This document shows positions 40,495-55,149 of a DNA stretch of 64,000 nucleotides, piece by piece (the first letter of the stretch is position 1; each line of letters starts with the position of its first letter). A program made the position numbers and the translations under genes. The notes under the pieces were generated by a model that did not search any database, was not told the origin of the DNA, and was given only the letters and a program-made list of their open reading frames with translations. The stretch lies in NCBI RefSeq assembly GCF_009914755.1, contig NC_060931.1. One strand, 5' to 3'. The DNA is from the human T2T-CHM13v2.0 reference genome, Homo sapiens.

Positions 40495-41366
40495 CTTTAT
40501 AGTAGAATGATTTATAATCCTTGGGTATAGACCCAGTAATGGGACTGCTGGGTCAAATGGTATTTCTGGTTCTAGATCCTTGAGGAATTGCCACACTGTC
40601 TTCCACAATGGTTGAACTAATTTACACTCCCACCAACTGTTTAAAAGTGTTCCTATTTCTCCACATCCTCTCCAGCATCTATTGTTTCCTGACTTTTTAA
40701 TGATCGCCATTCTAACTGGCATGAAATGGTATCTCATTGTGGTTTTGATCTACATTTCTCTAATGACCAGTGATGATAAGCGTTTTTTCATGTTTGTTGG
40801 CTGCATAAATGTCTTCTTTTGAGAAGTATCTGTTCATATCCTTCGCCCATTTTTTGATAGAGTTTTTTCTTGTAAATTTGTTTAAGTTCTAGTATAAAGA
40901 CACACGCACACATATGTTTATTGCAGCACTACTCACAATAGCAAAGACTTGAACCAACCCAAATGCTCATCAATGATAGACTGGATAAAGAAAATGTGGC
41001 ACATATACACCATGGAATACTATGCAGCCATAAAAACATGAGTTCATGTCCTTTGCAGGGACATGGGTGAAGCTAGAAACCATCATTCTTAGCAAACTAA
41101 CACAGGAACAGAAAACCAAACACCACATGTTCTCATTCGTAAGTGGGAGTTGAACAATGAAAACACATGGACACAGGGAGGGGAACATCACACAATGGGG
41201 CCTGTCTGTGGGTGGGGGCCTAGGGCAAGGAAAGCATTAGGAGAAATACCTAAAGTAGATTACAGGTTGATGGGTGCAGCAAACCACCATGGCACGTGTA
41301 TACCTATGTAACAAACCTGCACATTCTGCACATGTATCCCAGAACTTAAAGTATAATAATAAAAAA
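40495..41366. mobile_element. L1PA7-like element with 5' inversion (40495-~40890 minus; 40893-41366 plus)
   Basis: Adjacent L1 segments in opposite orientations; A tail at the right end. Confidence 0.9.
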
Positions 41367-43388
41367 TCATGTCAGTCATTCTTGACAATTACCAGGAGCT
41401 AGACAAATCTTTTATGGGAATAATTATATTCTTTTGCAAATTTTTCCTTGGATTCCAGCTGTATGCAATTGAATCAGTCATTCACCTGAGTCCTGACACT
41501 TGGTTATTTATCCTTGCAAGAGTTTCTCTTATTTGTTTGTTTGCATTTTTATTTATTTAAATAGTCAAATCTGTGACTGAGATAGTTTTTTATGCTTTTT
41601 TACCCAGGGATCCTGGTATGCTGTCATCATTAACTGCCGTCTGCCAGCTAAGCTGTTCTATTGCTTTTGATTTTTTTTGTGTGTGCATGCATACATACAC
41701 ACACAAGAGGGAAAAAGTAATTAGTACTATTACTCATGTATGCGTATTTTTTACAGTGATTAAATTACTATCAGGTGACTTAGAGCAAAGATTTTTCCAT
41801 TTGGATTGGTCATTAGCCCTATATAAAGGGCACACAATTCAAATACAATAGGAAATTTTCACTGTCCCCTAAACACAACTTTTGGTACAAGTGGAGACAA
41901 AACTGTGGATTACTTGAGGTTCCTCTTTCTTTCAGAATGATCCTGTATGCACATACAGCAATTTGAATGTGAACTTTTAAAAATAATCATTATACTAGAG
42001 AATTTAAAGCTAGAGGAAAACTTTCTTGGTCCCTTATTTTCTTTTTTATTTTTTATAGAGATAGGGTCTCGCTGTGTTGCCCAGGCTGGTCTCAAACTCC
42101 TGGCTTCAAGTGATCCTCCACATTGGCCTCCTGAGCTCAGCACCGAGTCCCTTATTTTCTACTGGGGGGAATACAAAGCTATAAATGATTAAGAAACTTT
42201 CCAAAAGTTATTGGTAAGCTAGTGACAAACCTTCAGGAAAAAAAGTACTGGTTTTTTTTGCCTGCATGTATTTGGTTTTAAGCAACAAATAAAAGTTTGA
42301 GGAGTAAGTTTATCAAACATAAAAGCCAACTGACATTAGTCTACACTTCAGATATACGGTCTAGAAGGTGAGACTGTTCCATTGAAGAGGCGGGCTAAGC
42401 AGCACAGTTTTCTTCAAAGAATTAACTCAGCCTTTAAATCTTTACCTTGTTCAAGTCCTGAGTCCTCAAAAGTTATATTTTACCTCTTCTAAGCTTAGGA
42501 ATGTGTGTTTCCATTCTCAATCACATAATCATTTGGAAATTTTGATATCTGTTAACATTACTCCACAGATTCCAAGACAAGCAAAATTAACTTTAATAAA
42601 TGAAAATAATTTCATCAATTTTCTGGCTCAGTGAGATGTCAGATTATTTCAACAAATGCATAATTATTACGGCTTGCTATTTTTATAATTTCCTTACCAC
42701 AAAAGCAAGCATGTTAACTGAAAGGAATTTTAGAAAATGTGGATATCAAAAAAAAGAAAACAGAAATCAGAAGTAATTCTACCTCCTAAAGATAGTCATT
42801 GTTGGCATTCAGGTATATTTTTCCCTAGTCTTTTTTCTAGGTGCATATCCATTTTTTTGTTGTTGTTGTTGTTACAAAAAAATACTGTATGTTCAGTTTT
42901 CTATGCTCTATGCTATTTTAAAAAATATACTATATTATGATCATTCTATATATTTCACCATGACTCTATAACATTTATTATTATTATTTTGAAGACAGAG
43001 TCTCGCTCTGTTGCCCAGCACGATCTCGGCTCACTGCAACCTCCACCTCCCAGATTCAAGCAGTTCTCATGCCTCAGCCTCCCAAGTAGCTGATATTACA
43101 GAGGTGAGCCACCACGCCCAGCCTCCTCCACATTTTTATAACCTTGTCTTCCACTACTCCCAGAATATCTGGTCAGGACCTTTCATTCCTTCTTCCTCTC
43201 TATTCTGCCTCAGGCTCTCAATATCAACCCTTCCACCACAGCCTAGGAAAAGTTGGTCTCCATCCGCAAAACCTTCTCCAATAACCCAGTCAGTACTGAT
43301 TCTCCCCTTCTAGATGATGCACAGTACCTTCTGACTCTTCTATACTCAGTGCTGATTGTGTAGAATTTAACCTTTAGTCCTATCCTAT

Positions 43389-43920
43389 TGAAGAGTAACA
43401 GAATATGCCTCCCAAAATATGCCACTTTGGCACATTGATTATTTTGAACTGAAGGCAATTGAGAATCAGATATAAGCTCATTTGTCTAAATGCAGGACAT
43501 ACATTCGTAAAGGAATCCCTCCTCGGAAAATCAGGGTAATGACTCGAGAGGAGTCTAGACCCTTACTTAGCCCAGAGATACACCAGAGGACTCTACATAA
43601 AAAACTATTCACTAATCCTTATCTTCCATTAATTCACCCATATGTTTACCTTCCCACCATCTGCTGCTGTAGAAAGTCCTTTCCCATTGTCGTCACTCCT
43701 CTAAGCTCTATTGTTCTTTCGTTAAGATGCTATATAAGACCAAGTTCTAACCACCCCTTTGAGCTACTCATCTCCATGCTCCTATGTGTATATGCTACAT
43801 GTTAATAACTTCTGTGTGCTTTTCTATTGTTAATCTGTCTTTTGTCAGTCTAATTTACAAGGCCTTACCTAGCTAATAACCCTAAGATGGGTAGAGGAAA
43901 AAAAAATTTCCTCCCCTCCA
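43389..43920 (+). mobile_element. MER39/MER34-family ERV1 solo LTR
   Basis: TG...CA ends; perfect TSD CTAT. Confidence 0.85.
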
Positions 43921-46172
43921 CTATCTTGTATAATTTCTTGTTTCCTATATATAAATACCACTTCCCTGATAAAAGAAATTATCTTTTTTCTTTCTTTTCT
44001 TCTTTCTCTACCTCTTTTTTTCCATAGCATAGAATAGGCAAAAAGTATCCATTAAATAAATTCACAATGGGTTAATCTTTCTGTTACACTCGTCTTCAGG
44101 TTGAACTTAATAAGGATATGCAAAGAGCGAAAGAGAAAGAGATAAATTTGCATTATTTAATTCCTCTAGACTTTAACGTCATCATTTTTCAAATAAAAAA
44201 AATTAGGCCCTAACATGACTTCCAACTCTAAAAGTTGGATTTAACCAACACAAACGACTGGCAGAATACACACCCAATTCACGATAGTGATTGCCTCTGG
44301 AGAGAGGAGGAAAAAGAGCTCTGGAGGGAAAAAGCTAGGACTTTATCTGAAGCAAGAGTGAATGAACAAATGGAAACATTGGTTACTTCTGGGTGGTGAG
44401 TACGCAGTCAAATGTTTGTTTCTATTCTTGTTAATAAATCTTAAATCTGAAAACACAAGCTTGCCTGTCAACTCTGCACATTTCTACTCCAGCCACACTG
44501 GCCTGCCTTGGAAAAGAAGGCTAGCTCCAGCTCTAAGCAGGGACACCATAGTAAAAGGCACAAATGAGTTGTCTAGGGACACCTGAGAGCCGACACCTGG
44601 AGTCCAGGGCTGCTCCGTGTAGCTGGACAAGCAGACGTGTTATCACCATTCTCTTTCAGCCTTTGAGCTGATCTTTAAGGGGAGGAAAACAGACTCAGTG
44701 CAGTATCCCAAGAACATGTATGCATGAGCTAAGAAGGATTGCTGACCAGGTGCCACATCCAAAAGGTCTTTTGCTTTCTGATTTCCAAACATTTTCCTTG
44801 AATTTATTACCCAGAATTTTGCATATATTACAAAGTCTTCAAATCTGAACACATGTCTGCTCTGGATGAATGCTAATGATCATCTGCATTAGTGTTTGTG
44901 TTAAGACTTAGCATATTCCCAGGAGTGTGGGTCAAAATTTCTCCAATTTGGCTCTGGGGATTCTACTGCCACTGGGCTCCACAGCCAGCATCTTCAAATT
45001 GTCTGGCTTCTCAGGAGTCCTTCTTGATTGATTCTCCCCAAGAATCAAACACACTTCTTTGTCAGGTCTCTCTGCACTCAAATACTTAAACTGAAGGTTA
45101 CTTATTTGCATTTTAAAGTTACTGGGGCCTTTAGGAACACCTTGAGTTTGGGCTGCACCTCTCTGGATTCACTGTGGCTTTCAAAAAGGGTGTAATGCAG
45201 GATTTTGTTCTGTTTAAACCTCTCATACATTAGTGCAGTAAAATAGCCTGCATTCTGGCTTTACCCAGTAAACATTTTTGACAGCTGTAATCATATACTT
45301 TTAGAACAGGAAGAACATTCTAGTAACATTCTTTAATTTTACAGATGAGAAAACTGAGACCTCAGGAAAATAGGTGATTCCCCTAACATCAGGCAGCTAT
45401 GAGATTTCATTTCTAAGATGTCATTCATCATGAGATATACCATAAATTTTAAAATAGTTTTGAAAAAAGACCACACACATTAAATAGATGCATCCCAATT
45501 TCAGAAATAATAAAATCGAAAAACTACAGACTTTGGAGTCAAGAGAATAGTCCTTAGCTTCAGCAATGAGACCACAAGCCAGGTTTCCTGACTTCCAGGT
45601 CTAGAATATTTCTTCTAGATCAGTTAGCAATATGTTTATTATTTTTGTTTTTTTCCTCTTCCATAACACAGGTGCATGTTATATTCTGAGGGTAACAAGT
45701 CTATTAGAAGCAATAAATAATACTTGTACAGCAACCTTTTGTAGTGATACTAATAATTAGTTGTTACGCAGGGTTTTATGAAGAATTTGAATGTTTTTCA
45801 CGATCACGGTGAGAGAATGCTAATTTTATTTTTCGCTAAGAACATATTTTGGTAGAAAGAAGAAGAGGAAGGAAGGACAGAGTTAGGTGTCTTAAGGGAG
45901 TGACAGAAGGGACAACAGTGAAAAGGAAGAGACAACAAAAGGGAAATGGTACTTCTGAGATCATTGTTTACTAGCTTTGCAGTATTGCCTAGGGTAGGCT
46001 CAGGAAGGATCTGAGAATAGGAAGGTTGTAACAGATTCATTTTATTTTAAATGTTTGGATACTGTAATTATACTTATTAAAGGTGGGTGTGCATGCACAG
46101 AGGCATAAATATGTTCTTGTATGTGTGTATGTATATACTATGTGTGTGTGTGTGCGCGCGTGCATGTCTGTG

Positions 46173-46509
46173 CAGTCAAGTGCTGCATAATGACATTTTG
46201 GTCAACCACACACATACATGACAGTGGTCCCATCCGATTATAATACTGTATTTTTACCCTTTTCTATGGTTAGATATGCTTATATATATAGATACTTACC
46301 ACTGTGTTACAGTTCCCTACAGTAGTACAGTGATATGCTGTGCAGGTTTGTAGCCTAGAAGCAATAGGCTAAACTATCTAGCCCAGGTGTGTAGTAGGCT
46401 ATACTATCTAGATTTGTGTGAGTACACTCTATGATGTTCACACAAAAACAAAATTGGCTAGCGAAACATTTCTCAGAAAGTGTCCCTGTCATTAAACGAT
46501 GCATGACTG
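46173..46509. mobile_element. Tigger3-type non-autonomous DNA transposon
   Basis: Imperfect TIRs cagtca..taatgaca / tgtcatta..tgactg. Confidence 0.8.
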
Positions 46510-46919
46510 CATGTCAAAGATTTAAATGTGAATAGAAATGCACGTTTGTTCAAACTAAATATCAATAAGGAAATAATTGTTTAAAAATTCAGTTTTGCAT
46601 TGGTGCTTCTTTAAAAAGAGCCAGAATGAGAAAGCCTAGAGACAAGAGGCACTATCCGAGAAGGTCAAGTTCATTGCAAGGTCCCACTATCTGGGTCAAA
46701 GTTCCCCTAGAGAGACCTAGCTGATGTTCAGTTTCCCTTCATGTGGCTCTTGGTGTTATAAATCCAGAGTATTTTGGTTGTATTTTTCTTACGTCCTCCC
46801 CTCCCCAGCTACTAGAAAGCTTCATATGTCCTAGTCTGTTAATGTCATTTGTCTCTCAAGGCCATCAGGCTTCCTGGGATGTGATACAGAGGGATCTGTT
46901 CTTACTTTTCCTCATTACG

Positions 46920-48210
46920 TGTCATAACTGCCTTGGATGTCCCTCAGGCACCTCCACTTTACATGGTGCAAACTAAACTCACTATTTTCCTTTAAAAAAA
47001 AAAAAAACCACCCTGCCTTTTATATTCTCCATCTCAGTATATAGTGTTTCAATCCATCTCATCTCCATGCTAGAAACCTGACAGTCCTACCCAAACCCCT
47101 CCCTCTCCCTCACCTCCAATCCTTTCAATCACTATATCCTGTTAATTCTACCCTAGAAATGGCTTTTCAATCTGTGCCTCCTTTTTATTCCCAGTGCCCC
47201 TGCCTTCTTTCAGGGCCTCATTATCATTTTCCTGGACTATCACGCCTCATATCTCAGCCTCCAGTCTCCTCACCTCCTCCTCCTAGGTATGTTTCACACA
47301 GCAATCAGGGTTATTCTTTCTGTGAACCAAATATGACTATATGATTCTTGCTTTTAAAACTCCTCTGCTGTCTCTGCCTGCCTGGCCTATAGATGAAGTT
47401 CAAGCTCCTTGCCTTAATACATTAAGACATTTATAATTAGTCCTTAAATTACCTGTCCAGCTTTAGCTCTCATCACTCTGCCACCCACACCCTAGGCTAC
47501 AATTAGACTGAATTTGTTCAACTTTCTTGAAATGCCATGGCACTTTAAAGACTCCCTTTGCCTACTGTTTTTTTTTGTTTTTTGCTAGGAATACCCTTCC
47601 CCCTGCTCTTCTCTTGAAAAACTCCTAGTTATTCTTAAAACTTGACTCAATGTCACCTCCTCTGTGATGCCTTATGTAATGAACTAAATGTTTATGTCCC
47701 TCCAAAAATCATACATTGAAACCTGAATCCCCAGTGTGATGGTATTTGAAGGTGGGGACTTTGGGAGGTGATTAGGTCATGAGGGTGGAGCCTTTATGAA
47801 TGGGATCAATACCCTTATAAGAAGTGATGTGAGAGATGAGCTGTCTCTCAGCCATGTGAAGACATAACGAGAAGGTGGCTGTTCACAAGCCAGAAAGCAA
47901 GCCCTCACCAAACACCAGATTTTAGACTTCCCAACCTCCAGAACTGTGAAAAATAAATATTTGTTGTTTAAGCCACTCAGTCTATGGTATTTTTGTTATG
48001 GCAGCCCCAACAGACTAAGACACTTTCCCATTACTCTTCCCTGAAATTAATTGCATCATCTCTGTGCTTCCTTCATAGCTCTGGCTAAAATTCATAATGC
48101 ATCTTGTACTTACCTATCTCCCTGAAAAAATGTGAGCTTCTCTCAGGCAGGAGCCATGTCTTAAGAGCCACACCATCTATCACAGCAGTTAATAATCAAT
48201 ACATGCTATT
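46920..48210 (+). mobile_element. L2 fragment interrupted by an MLT1A LTR (47675-48022, +)
   Basis: L2 motifs; MLT1A gtgattaggtcatgagggtggagcc...cagactaagaca. Confidence 0.75.
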
Positions 48211-48468
48211 GGAATTCATTGGTATTAATATAGCAAAAAATGTGATTCAGTGATTATAAGGAGGGCTCAGTTTAACCATCAATTCCTGGATGAAACCTGA
48301 GCTTGCTCTTGTTTAGGAAGGCTTTAGAAAGGGATGTTGATTGACTAGGAGAGGGACAAAGTGGTAAGTCACACAAACAGGAGAGGCCCCAGTAGCGGTC
48401 CATGCTCAGGAGGAGATAGACTGTGTCCATTATTGTCTGGAATTTACTTTAAAATGCACAATATAGAT

Positions 48469-48682
48469 CAGGGTTGGCAAACCACTGTGGGCCAAATCTG
48501 AGTCACTATCTGTTCTTGTGAGTAAGTTTCATCAGAACTTATTCATACTCATTCATTTAAGTATTATCTATGGCTATGTTTCTACTTCAAACGCAGAGCT
48601 GAGTAATTGGAACAGAAATCAAATTACCTGAAAATCCAAAACTATTCAGTATATGGCCCTTTACAGAGTTTGCTGACACCTG
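48469..48682. mobile_element. MER58A (hAT-Charlie)
   Basis: TIRs cagggttggcaaac / tttgctgacacctg; 8-bp near-TSD ATATAGAT/GTATAGAC. Confidence 0.85.
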
Positions 48683-49903
48683 GTATAGACCATGGAGTAT
48701 AAATGTTTGTGTTAATTTCAATCTGCAATTTAGTAGAATCTATTGCCCTGACTGGAATTACCCATTTTGCAGTTGGTTACTATTTAATCAAATAGAAATA
48801 TGTTAGAGGCCTTTCTGCACTTTTGTGAACAGGATACGAGAATCTAGTGAGTTCTATAGCCTGTGCCCTTAGGAATGGTATCCTAGGCCTGATTCCTGAA
48901 TGGCCCTGAGTCCAACTACTGATCCGAATGTTCCTTAGGGCCTTAGTCTAAGTAGACTGTTAGCTGAATCCTGATGTTAGAACACTGTTGCACATGCTCA
49001 TGATCACTCTTTCATGTACATGAAGGCTTCAGAAAAGGGCAATGCAAGGACTTTACTGAGCTTACAGAACAGGGGCATGACTGTTATGTGCCTGCTTGCC
49101 AGAGGATGTCCATGGGGTTAATAGAAATGGGTCTAGACTTGCCCAAGTTGCAACTTGGTGGAGAAGAGACTATAGCACTCATCGGTAACTAAAAAAGGCT
49201 CCCCCATTTTCTCCTTAAAAAAACTAATATTTGCCCATAATCTGATTGGCTGAAGTCAGTTCCCAGAAGCTTGCTATGAGGACAGTCACATTTGTTTCAA
49301 TTGATTCAGGAGGTGGTTCTTCACATACTATGTGATTGAGGAGCTCTGAAACAGAGCATCTACTTTGCACCATATGCATATATAGCCTCCCTCACAGTCC
49401 TCACTCAGAGCACAGGAGGTGGAAGCCAAATGAGCAAACACATGGCTTGGAGTGTGGGAGAGTGGCCAGTTGGGCATATGCGTATTTAGAAAAGACATGA
49501 GAGGGTACAAAGTGGGAAGCAGATGCACAGACGAAGAGGGAGAGTTGTGGCCTGGTATGAAAGGCACTGCACAGCATGGCAACTAGGTGAATTCAGAGTG
49601 TTGTGTTAATCTGTTTCAGCATACATGGTTACTTTGATGGTAATAGGAGTATAATATAAAAATATTATCAGCAACATTTAATAAATACTTATAAAATATG
49701 CAAGTTTTTAAAAATATCCTACAAAACCTAATGCTATTTCAGAACTGGAAATCTAGAGTCAAGATACTAACATTTAGAGCCAAGGACCTAAAAATACACG
49801 TGCCTCAGCTGATTCTTGACAATGCAGGGCAGAATGATCTTTGATATGAAACAGAGAGAATACACCATTTTAAGCTCACAAAGTAAGTGAGACAGTTACT
49901 TAC

Positions 49904-50061
49904 TGACTCAGAAATTTCTTTTTGAGGCTCTGGAGTAGATTCACTGAGTTCTTCCCCTGACATCCCAAATCCAGGTTGAGGTGACGATGAACCAAAAATT
50001 TGAACGAGATAGGAATCAAAATCCTCACAAATTTTTTGAAACAATTTTTGCTTCAGGGTGT
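49904..50061 (-). CDS. COL28A1: COL28A1 exon (158 nt, ~exon 33): (D)[17 protein letters not shown]...PQKEISES
   Basis: Acceptor ttttaaaag, donor TCA|gtaagt, phase 1/0. Confidence 0.93.
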
Positions 50062-50985
50062 CTTTTAAAAAAGAAGTAGAAAAGAGAGATAGTAGAAGCA
50101 ATGAAACAATACTTAAAACTCATTTAAAAAGATCTGCACTCTCCTTAAAATATGTAATTTCCCATTACTTGAAATCAACTGCTAAGTTAACGAACTTATA
50201 AAAGCATTTTTACATCCTGTGTAAGAGGTCATCTAAAATAATATATATGACACAAAGAGGCAAAAGAATGACTTGAATGTATGTTCATCCAAAGTGTCTC
50301 TGTTCAACGTGAATCACTCCTTGTCAAGAGCTAGCCTCACCCATAATAAGTTGAATTGGCAGCTACCTCTGGTTTTAAGGAGAGCAAATGGCCAGCCAGT
50401 TGCAAATATTCTTTACAGGCTGTAACAAATTACTAACTCCAGATATAATGATAAAGCTCTTCAAGGATTAAAATATAAGTTGGCTCTGAAATGTCTTTGG
50501 CTATTCTGACACATTCACAGCTGGGTGAGATTGAACATATCAGATAAACAAACCCACCAGTCAGCCAGCAGGGTACTGATGAAGTAGAACCCTAGGTTAG
50601 AAAGCTCTGGAGAAGGTGAGAAATAGCAAAAAAGTTTCTGAGAATGGTATGCTTTCCTTAGGGCCAGTGTGCTGGTACACGGCATAGGCAGGGCATGAGG
50701 CACTGATGGGCTGTGCCCAGCCACATCAGACTCCACTCCCAGGTGGGTGAAGGAGGAAGGATGAAGCCAAACTGAAGCCTTTCACTTACTTCACAAACTT
50801 GCCAGGTACAGGCCTGCCAGAATGAATAATCGGTTTCCAAAGAATTGGGATAAATTTTATTATAAAGTCATACTGACCATAATTTAATCATAGCTTAAAT
50901 TAGATCAATGTCCTAGGATGGCTCATTAGTAAATATCAGTTAATGTGAAAGGATAAACTTAGCATAGAGAAGCCCATCAGATTAG

Positions 50986-51654
<669 letters not shown>

Positions 51655-52180
51655 TCAACCTGTTTATTCATCATTATCTGCTTTCATAAAAACAGAGAAT
51701 AGAACATCCCCTCTAATTAATCCCAGTTACTTGCATTTCTCATCTCTTTAGATGACCATAACTTTTTTTTCATTCAGCAGGTACTTCTTAATTCATTTTG
51801 ATTTCCTGACTGTTTTCTGCCTTGCTGTTGGCTTGCTCGATCCCTTATTTTAGTTAGGTAACTTTCTGAACATTAACCAATGTTAGCAATACTCCCAAGT
51901 CCTATTCTTTCTCTCCATTCCTGTCTGTTGACCATGGACTCTAGTTAACTCCAAGGCCAACTCAGCATTTATTAACCCTTAATAAAGACAAGGGATTGTA
52001 CCCTCCAAACTGAATGATATTAAACATTTTTAATCTTCTGGAGTTTACGTGTTACCATTTAATGTTGGCATAAGCCTTATTAGCCTCCAGATTTTTCTAT
52101 TTGGTCAGGACAAACCAGTGATATGGTACTTAGAGGAACAACATAAATGCCTTTCCCCTGGGCCAGATAGCCTTCCTTAC

Positions 52181-52729
52181 CTTGCAGGGTAAAGAAATCA
52201 TCAAACTGGTAAACATGCTCTGGGTCAGTAGCAATTAGATTCATTTCTTTGTGGAATATTTCAAAGTTGGGATCATTTTTCTTCACCACCCCTATCACAA
52301 ATATCTCCACATTGGTGTCACTGGCATTCTTCACCACCTCTGTCAGTTTCTCTTTATCACGAGAATCTGTCTGTCCATCAGTGATGACCAAGGCCACTTT
52401 TTTTACACCTGGCCTTGCATCTTCAAACATGTCGTTGGCTGCTTGCAGAGCAGTGGCTGTGTATGTGCCTTCCCCCAGATACTGCATGTTGTCCACAGCC
52501 AACTTGAAGTCATCCTTGCTGGAGAACTGCTTCAAATTAGCCACCTTCTCCACCTTATGGCTATAGTTGATTATGCCTATGCGGGCCGTGGCAAGGTCCA
52601 GAGCAACCCGGTCAGCCATAGTCTTCACAAAATTTTTAATGATCTGAAAGTTCTCTGGCCCCACGCTTTCTGAGCTGTCGATCACAAACACCAGCTCTAG
52701 TGGAGTCTCTTTGCATTTGGGCCCACAAC
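52181..52729 (-). CDS. COL28A1: COL28A1 C-terminal VWA domain exon (549 nt, ~exon 32)
   Basis: Acceptor ttttag, donor AAG|gtaagg, phase 1/1; (G)[23 protein letters not shown]...[10 protein letters not shown]...VALVITDGQ...FFTLQ, with the MIDAS motif DxSxS..T..D intact. Confidence 0.97.
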
Positions 52730-52887
52730 CTAAAAGATGAATGTTGAGAGAGAAAAATTGTGGGAATGATTGACATCAGATTGTTGAGGGGAGGGGAGAA
52801 AAAGTCAATGATGAACCTGAGACCTAAACTATTCTCTTCCTTTTCTGTGATTGTGAAAATACCTGACAGCTGTCTCCATTCTGGTTT

Positions 52888-53181
52888 CTTTTTTTTTTTG
52901 TGAGACAGAGTCTCGCTGTCGCCCAGGTTGGAGTGCAGTGGCGCGATCTCGGCTCACTGCAGGCTCCGTCCCCTGGGATTCACGCCATTCTCCAGCCTCA
53001 GCCTCCCGAGTAGCTGGGACTACAGGCGCCCGCCACCTCGCCTGGCTAATTTTTTGTATTTTTAGTAGAGACAGGGTTTCACCGTGTTAGCCAAGATGGT
53101 CTCGATCTCCTGACCTCGTGATATGCCCGCCTCGGCCTCCCAAAGTGCTGGGATTACAGGCGTGAGCCACCGCGCCCGGCC
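52888..53181 (-). mobile_element. AluY-like
   Basis: CpG-rich, near consensus; TSD ttctggtttct. Confidence 0.93.
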
Positions 53182-53208
53182 CCTTCTGGTTTCTATACTT
53201 GACTCTTA

Positions 53209-53242
<34 letters not shown>

Positions 53243-54641
53243 CTTGGAAAAACACCGTAGTTGATAAAATAATAAATACTTATGTGCTCGTTTCTTGGAT
53301 TATAAAATAAAATATTTTTAAAAGAGTTAGGATGCCCTGTGGATGCCGTCCCAATAACATTCCTCTTCCTCTCCCAGAGAGGTAACCACCATCTGACATT
53401 TGCTCTTTATCATCCCACCATTGTATTTAATCTGAATCTGAAAGCTGATATTTCAGTCTTCAACCATAGCCTTATGTGAAAATTGAAATTTGCTCACCAG
53501 GCTGGCCAATGGATGAAGTAATGGGATGAAAAATTGTCATTGTGGTAGAAGGATTGGGACCTTAAATGTACACAGGAACAGCTATCCCTAACTACTCTAG
53601 TTGATGTCTCCAGTCACCCACAATGACAACTATGGCAGCTTTCACGTTATCAAGGAGGCCAGCAGTACATCCATGCTATGAAAGCTTTTGAGGGGAGTAA
53701 TCCCCGAGAACACTAGTCAATTTAAAAAAACCTTCCATTTAGGTTGATAAACAACCACTTAAAGCAGTTGCCAGAGTCATCAGGAAATATAAATTATCAG
53801 GATTCTGTTTCTTTATTCATATCTTCCTGTTGTTCAACAAGCCTGCCACAGAAAACCATCAGGAAATCATGTGCTATTTTTATAGGGCTTCTAGAACCCA
53901 GAAGCCATGTCTAGATTGGTCTCTCACTAGAGAGACTCCCAGGCTGCTTCTTAGGCCCAGCAGTCTTTTAGGGAATAAGCTGGTTCTGGGATTCTCTGTA
54001 TAGAAGGACAATATGCCTGCCTCTGACCACTTTAAACCCAGAAGATTCTCCCATCATTATTCCATTAGTCTCTTGTCTTTTGGCTAATTTCTTTACTTCC
54101 TCTTTCTGGTAATTCTAAGTCTACCATTCAGTCATGGAAGCATTTAGTAGTTGTGAAGCAAGGTGAATACCTGACTCTGTCCTCCCACCTTTGGGACTGA
54201 GTACAACTCAAAACTCTACTCAGAAAGAATTCATGGCTTCGGGAAAAACACAGACATTCTAATCACCAGCTAGGCTGGACTCAAATACCAGTTTGGCTCT
54301 TGTAGTCATATTTCCTTTGTTGAGTTTTTCGTCTCAGCTCAGGTAAATGTCACTGAATACAAACGAGCACTGTGCTAACAAAAGGCCCGGCTGCCTACAT
54401 ACCCTAGGCTGGCACCTTCACATGCCTTAACCAGCCTGGGAAGATGATTTTATTTCCTTACATCAGGATTCCCACAGTCTCTCTTACTGCTTCCTTTCAG
54501 TTTCCATCGACTTTTCAAATGAGCTTCACATTTTCCCGCTAGCTATATAATATACATCTGGACGAACACATTCTGTCACCAGCACAGTACATAGTGGGGC
54601 TGATGCTTTAAAGTGATGTTTTTTCCTTGATCAAATCTTAC

Positions 54642-54678
54642 CACATATTTCTGTAATAAGTTTGATAATTTCTTCTTT
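54642..54678 (-). CDS. COL28A1: COL28A1 neck exon (37 nt, ~exon 31): KEEIIKLITEIC(G)
   Basis: Acceptor atcccctag, donor GTG|gtaaga, phase 0/1; bridges the helix and the VWA exon in frame. Confidence 0.9.
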
Positions 54679-55149
54679 CTAGGGGATAAAAAGAAAAATG
54701 TATTACTATATGTATGACTATAATATTTTTCCTAGAGCCATAAAAGATATCTCATTACAATCAGCACTGGACCATTTGATTTAATCCTTCCACTGCAGAA
54801 AATAAAATAAACAACACAGAAGTCAAAAGCTGACTATAATAGACCATAACTAAAATGCGTTTGAGCTGTGAAACTTAACAGCTGAGACTTTTGGAATTCA
54901 AATTGAAACTGCAGCATTTATCAGCTGTGTGACCTCGGGCATTTGGTGCCCTAACAGTATCTGTGTCTCAGGGCTATGGTATGGATTAATCAATGTTATG
55001 CACACATTAGCACAGGGTCTGGCAACTTTAACATACCTACGGTGCTGTGGTGCTATATATACATTCAGTTATACAATTTAAACCACATGTGCTGAGCAAC
55101 CAAGACAAGCCGCAATGCCTACAGAGAATTCATTCTATGCTGTATTTTC

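Noticed and set aside
52249-52673. Two plus-strand ORFs (105 and 140 aa)
   Set aside because: Antisense shadows of the VWA exon
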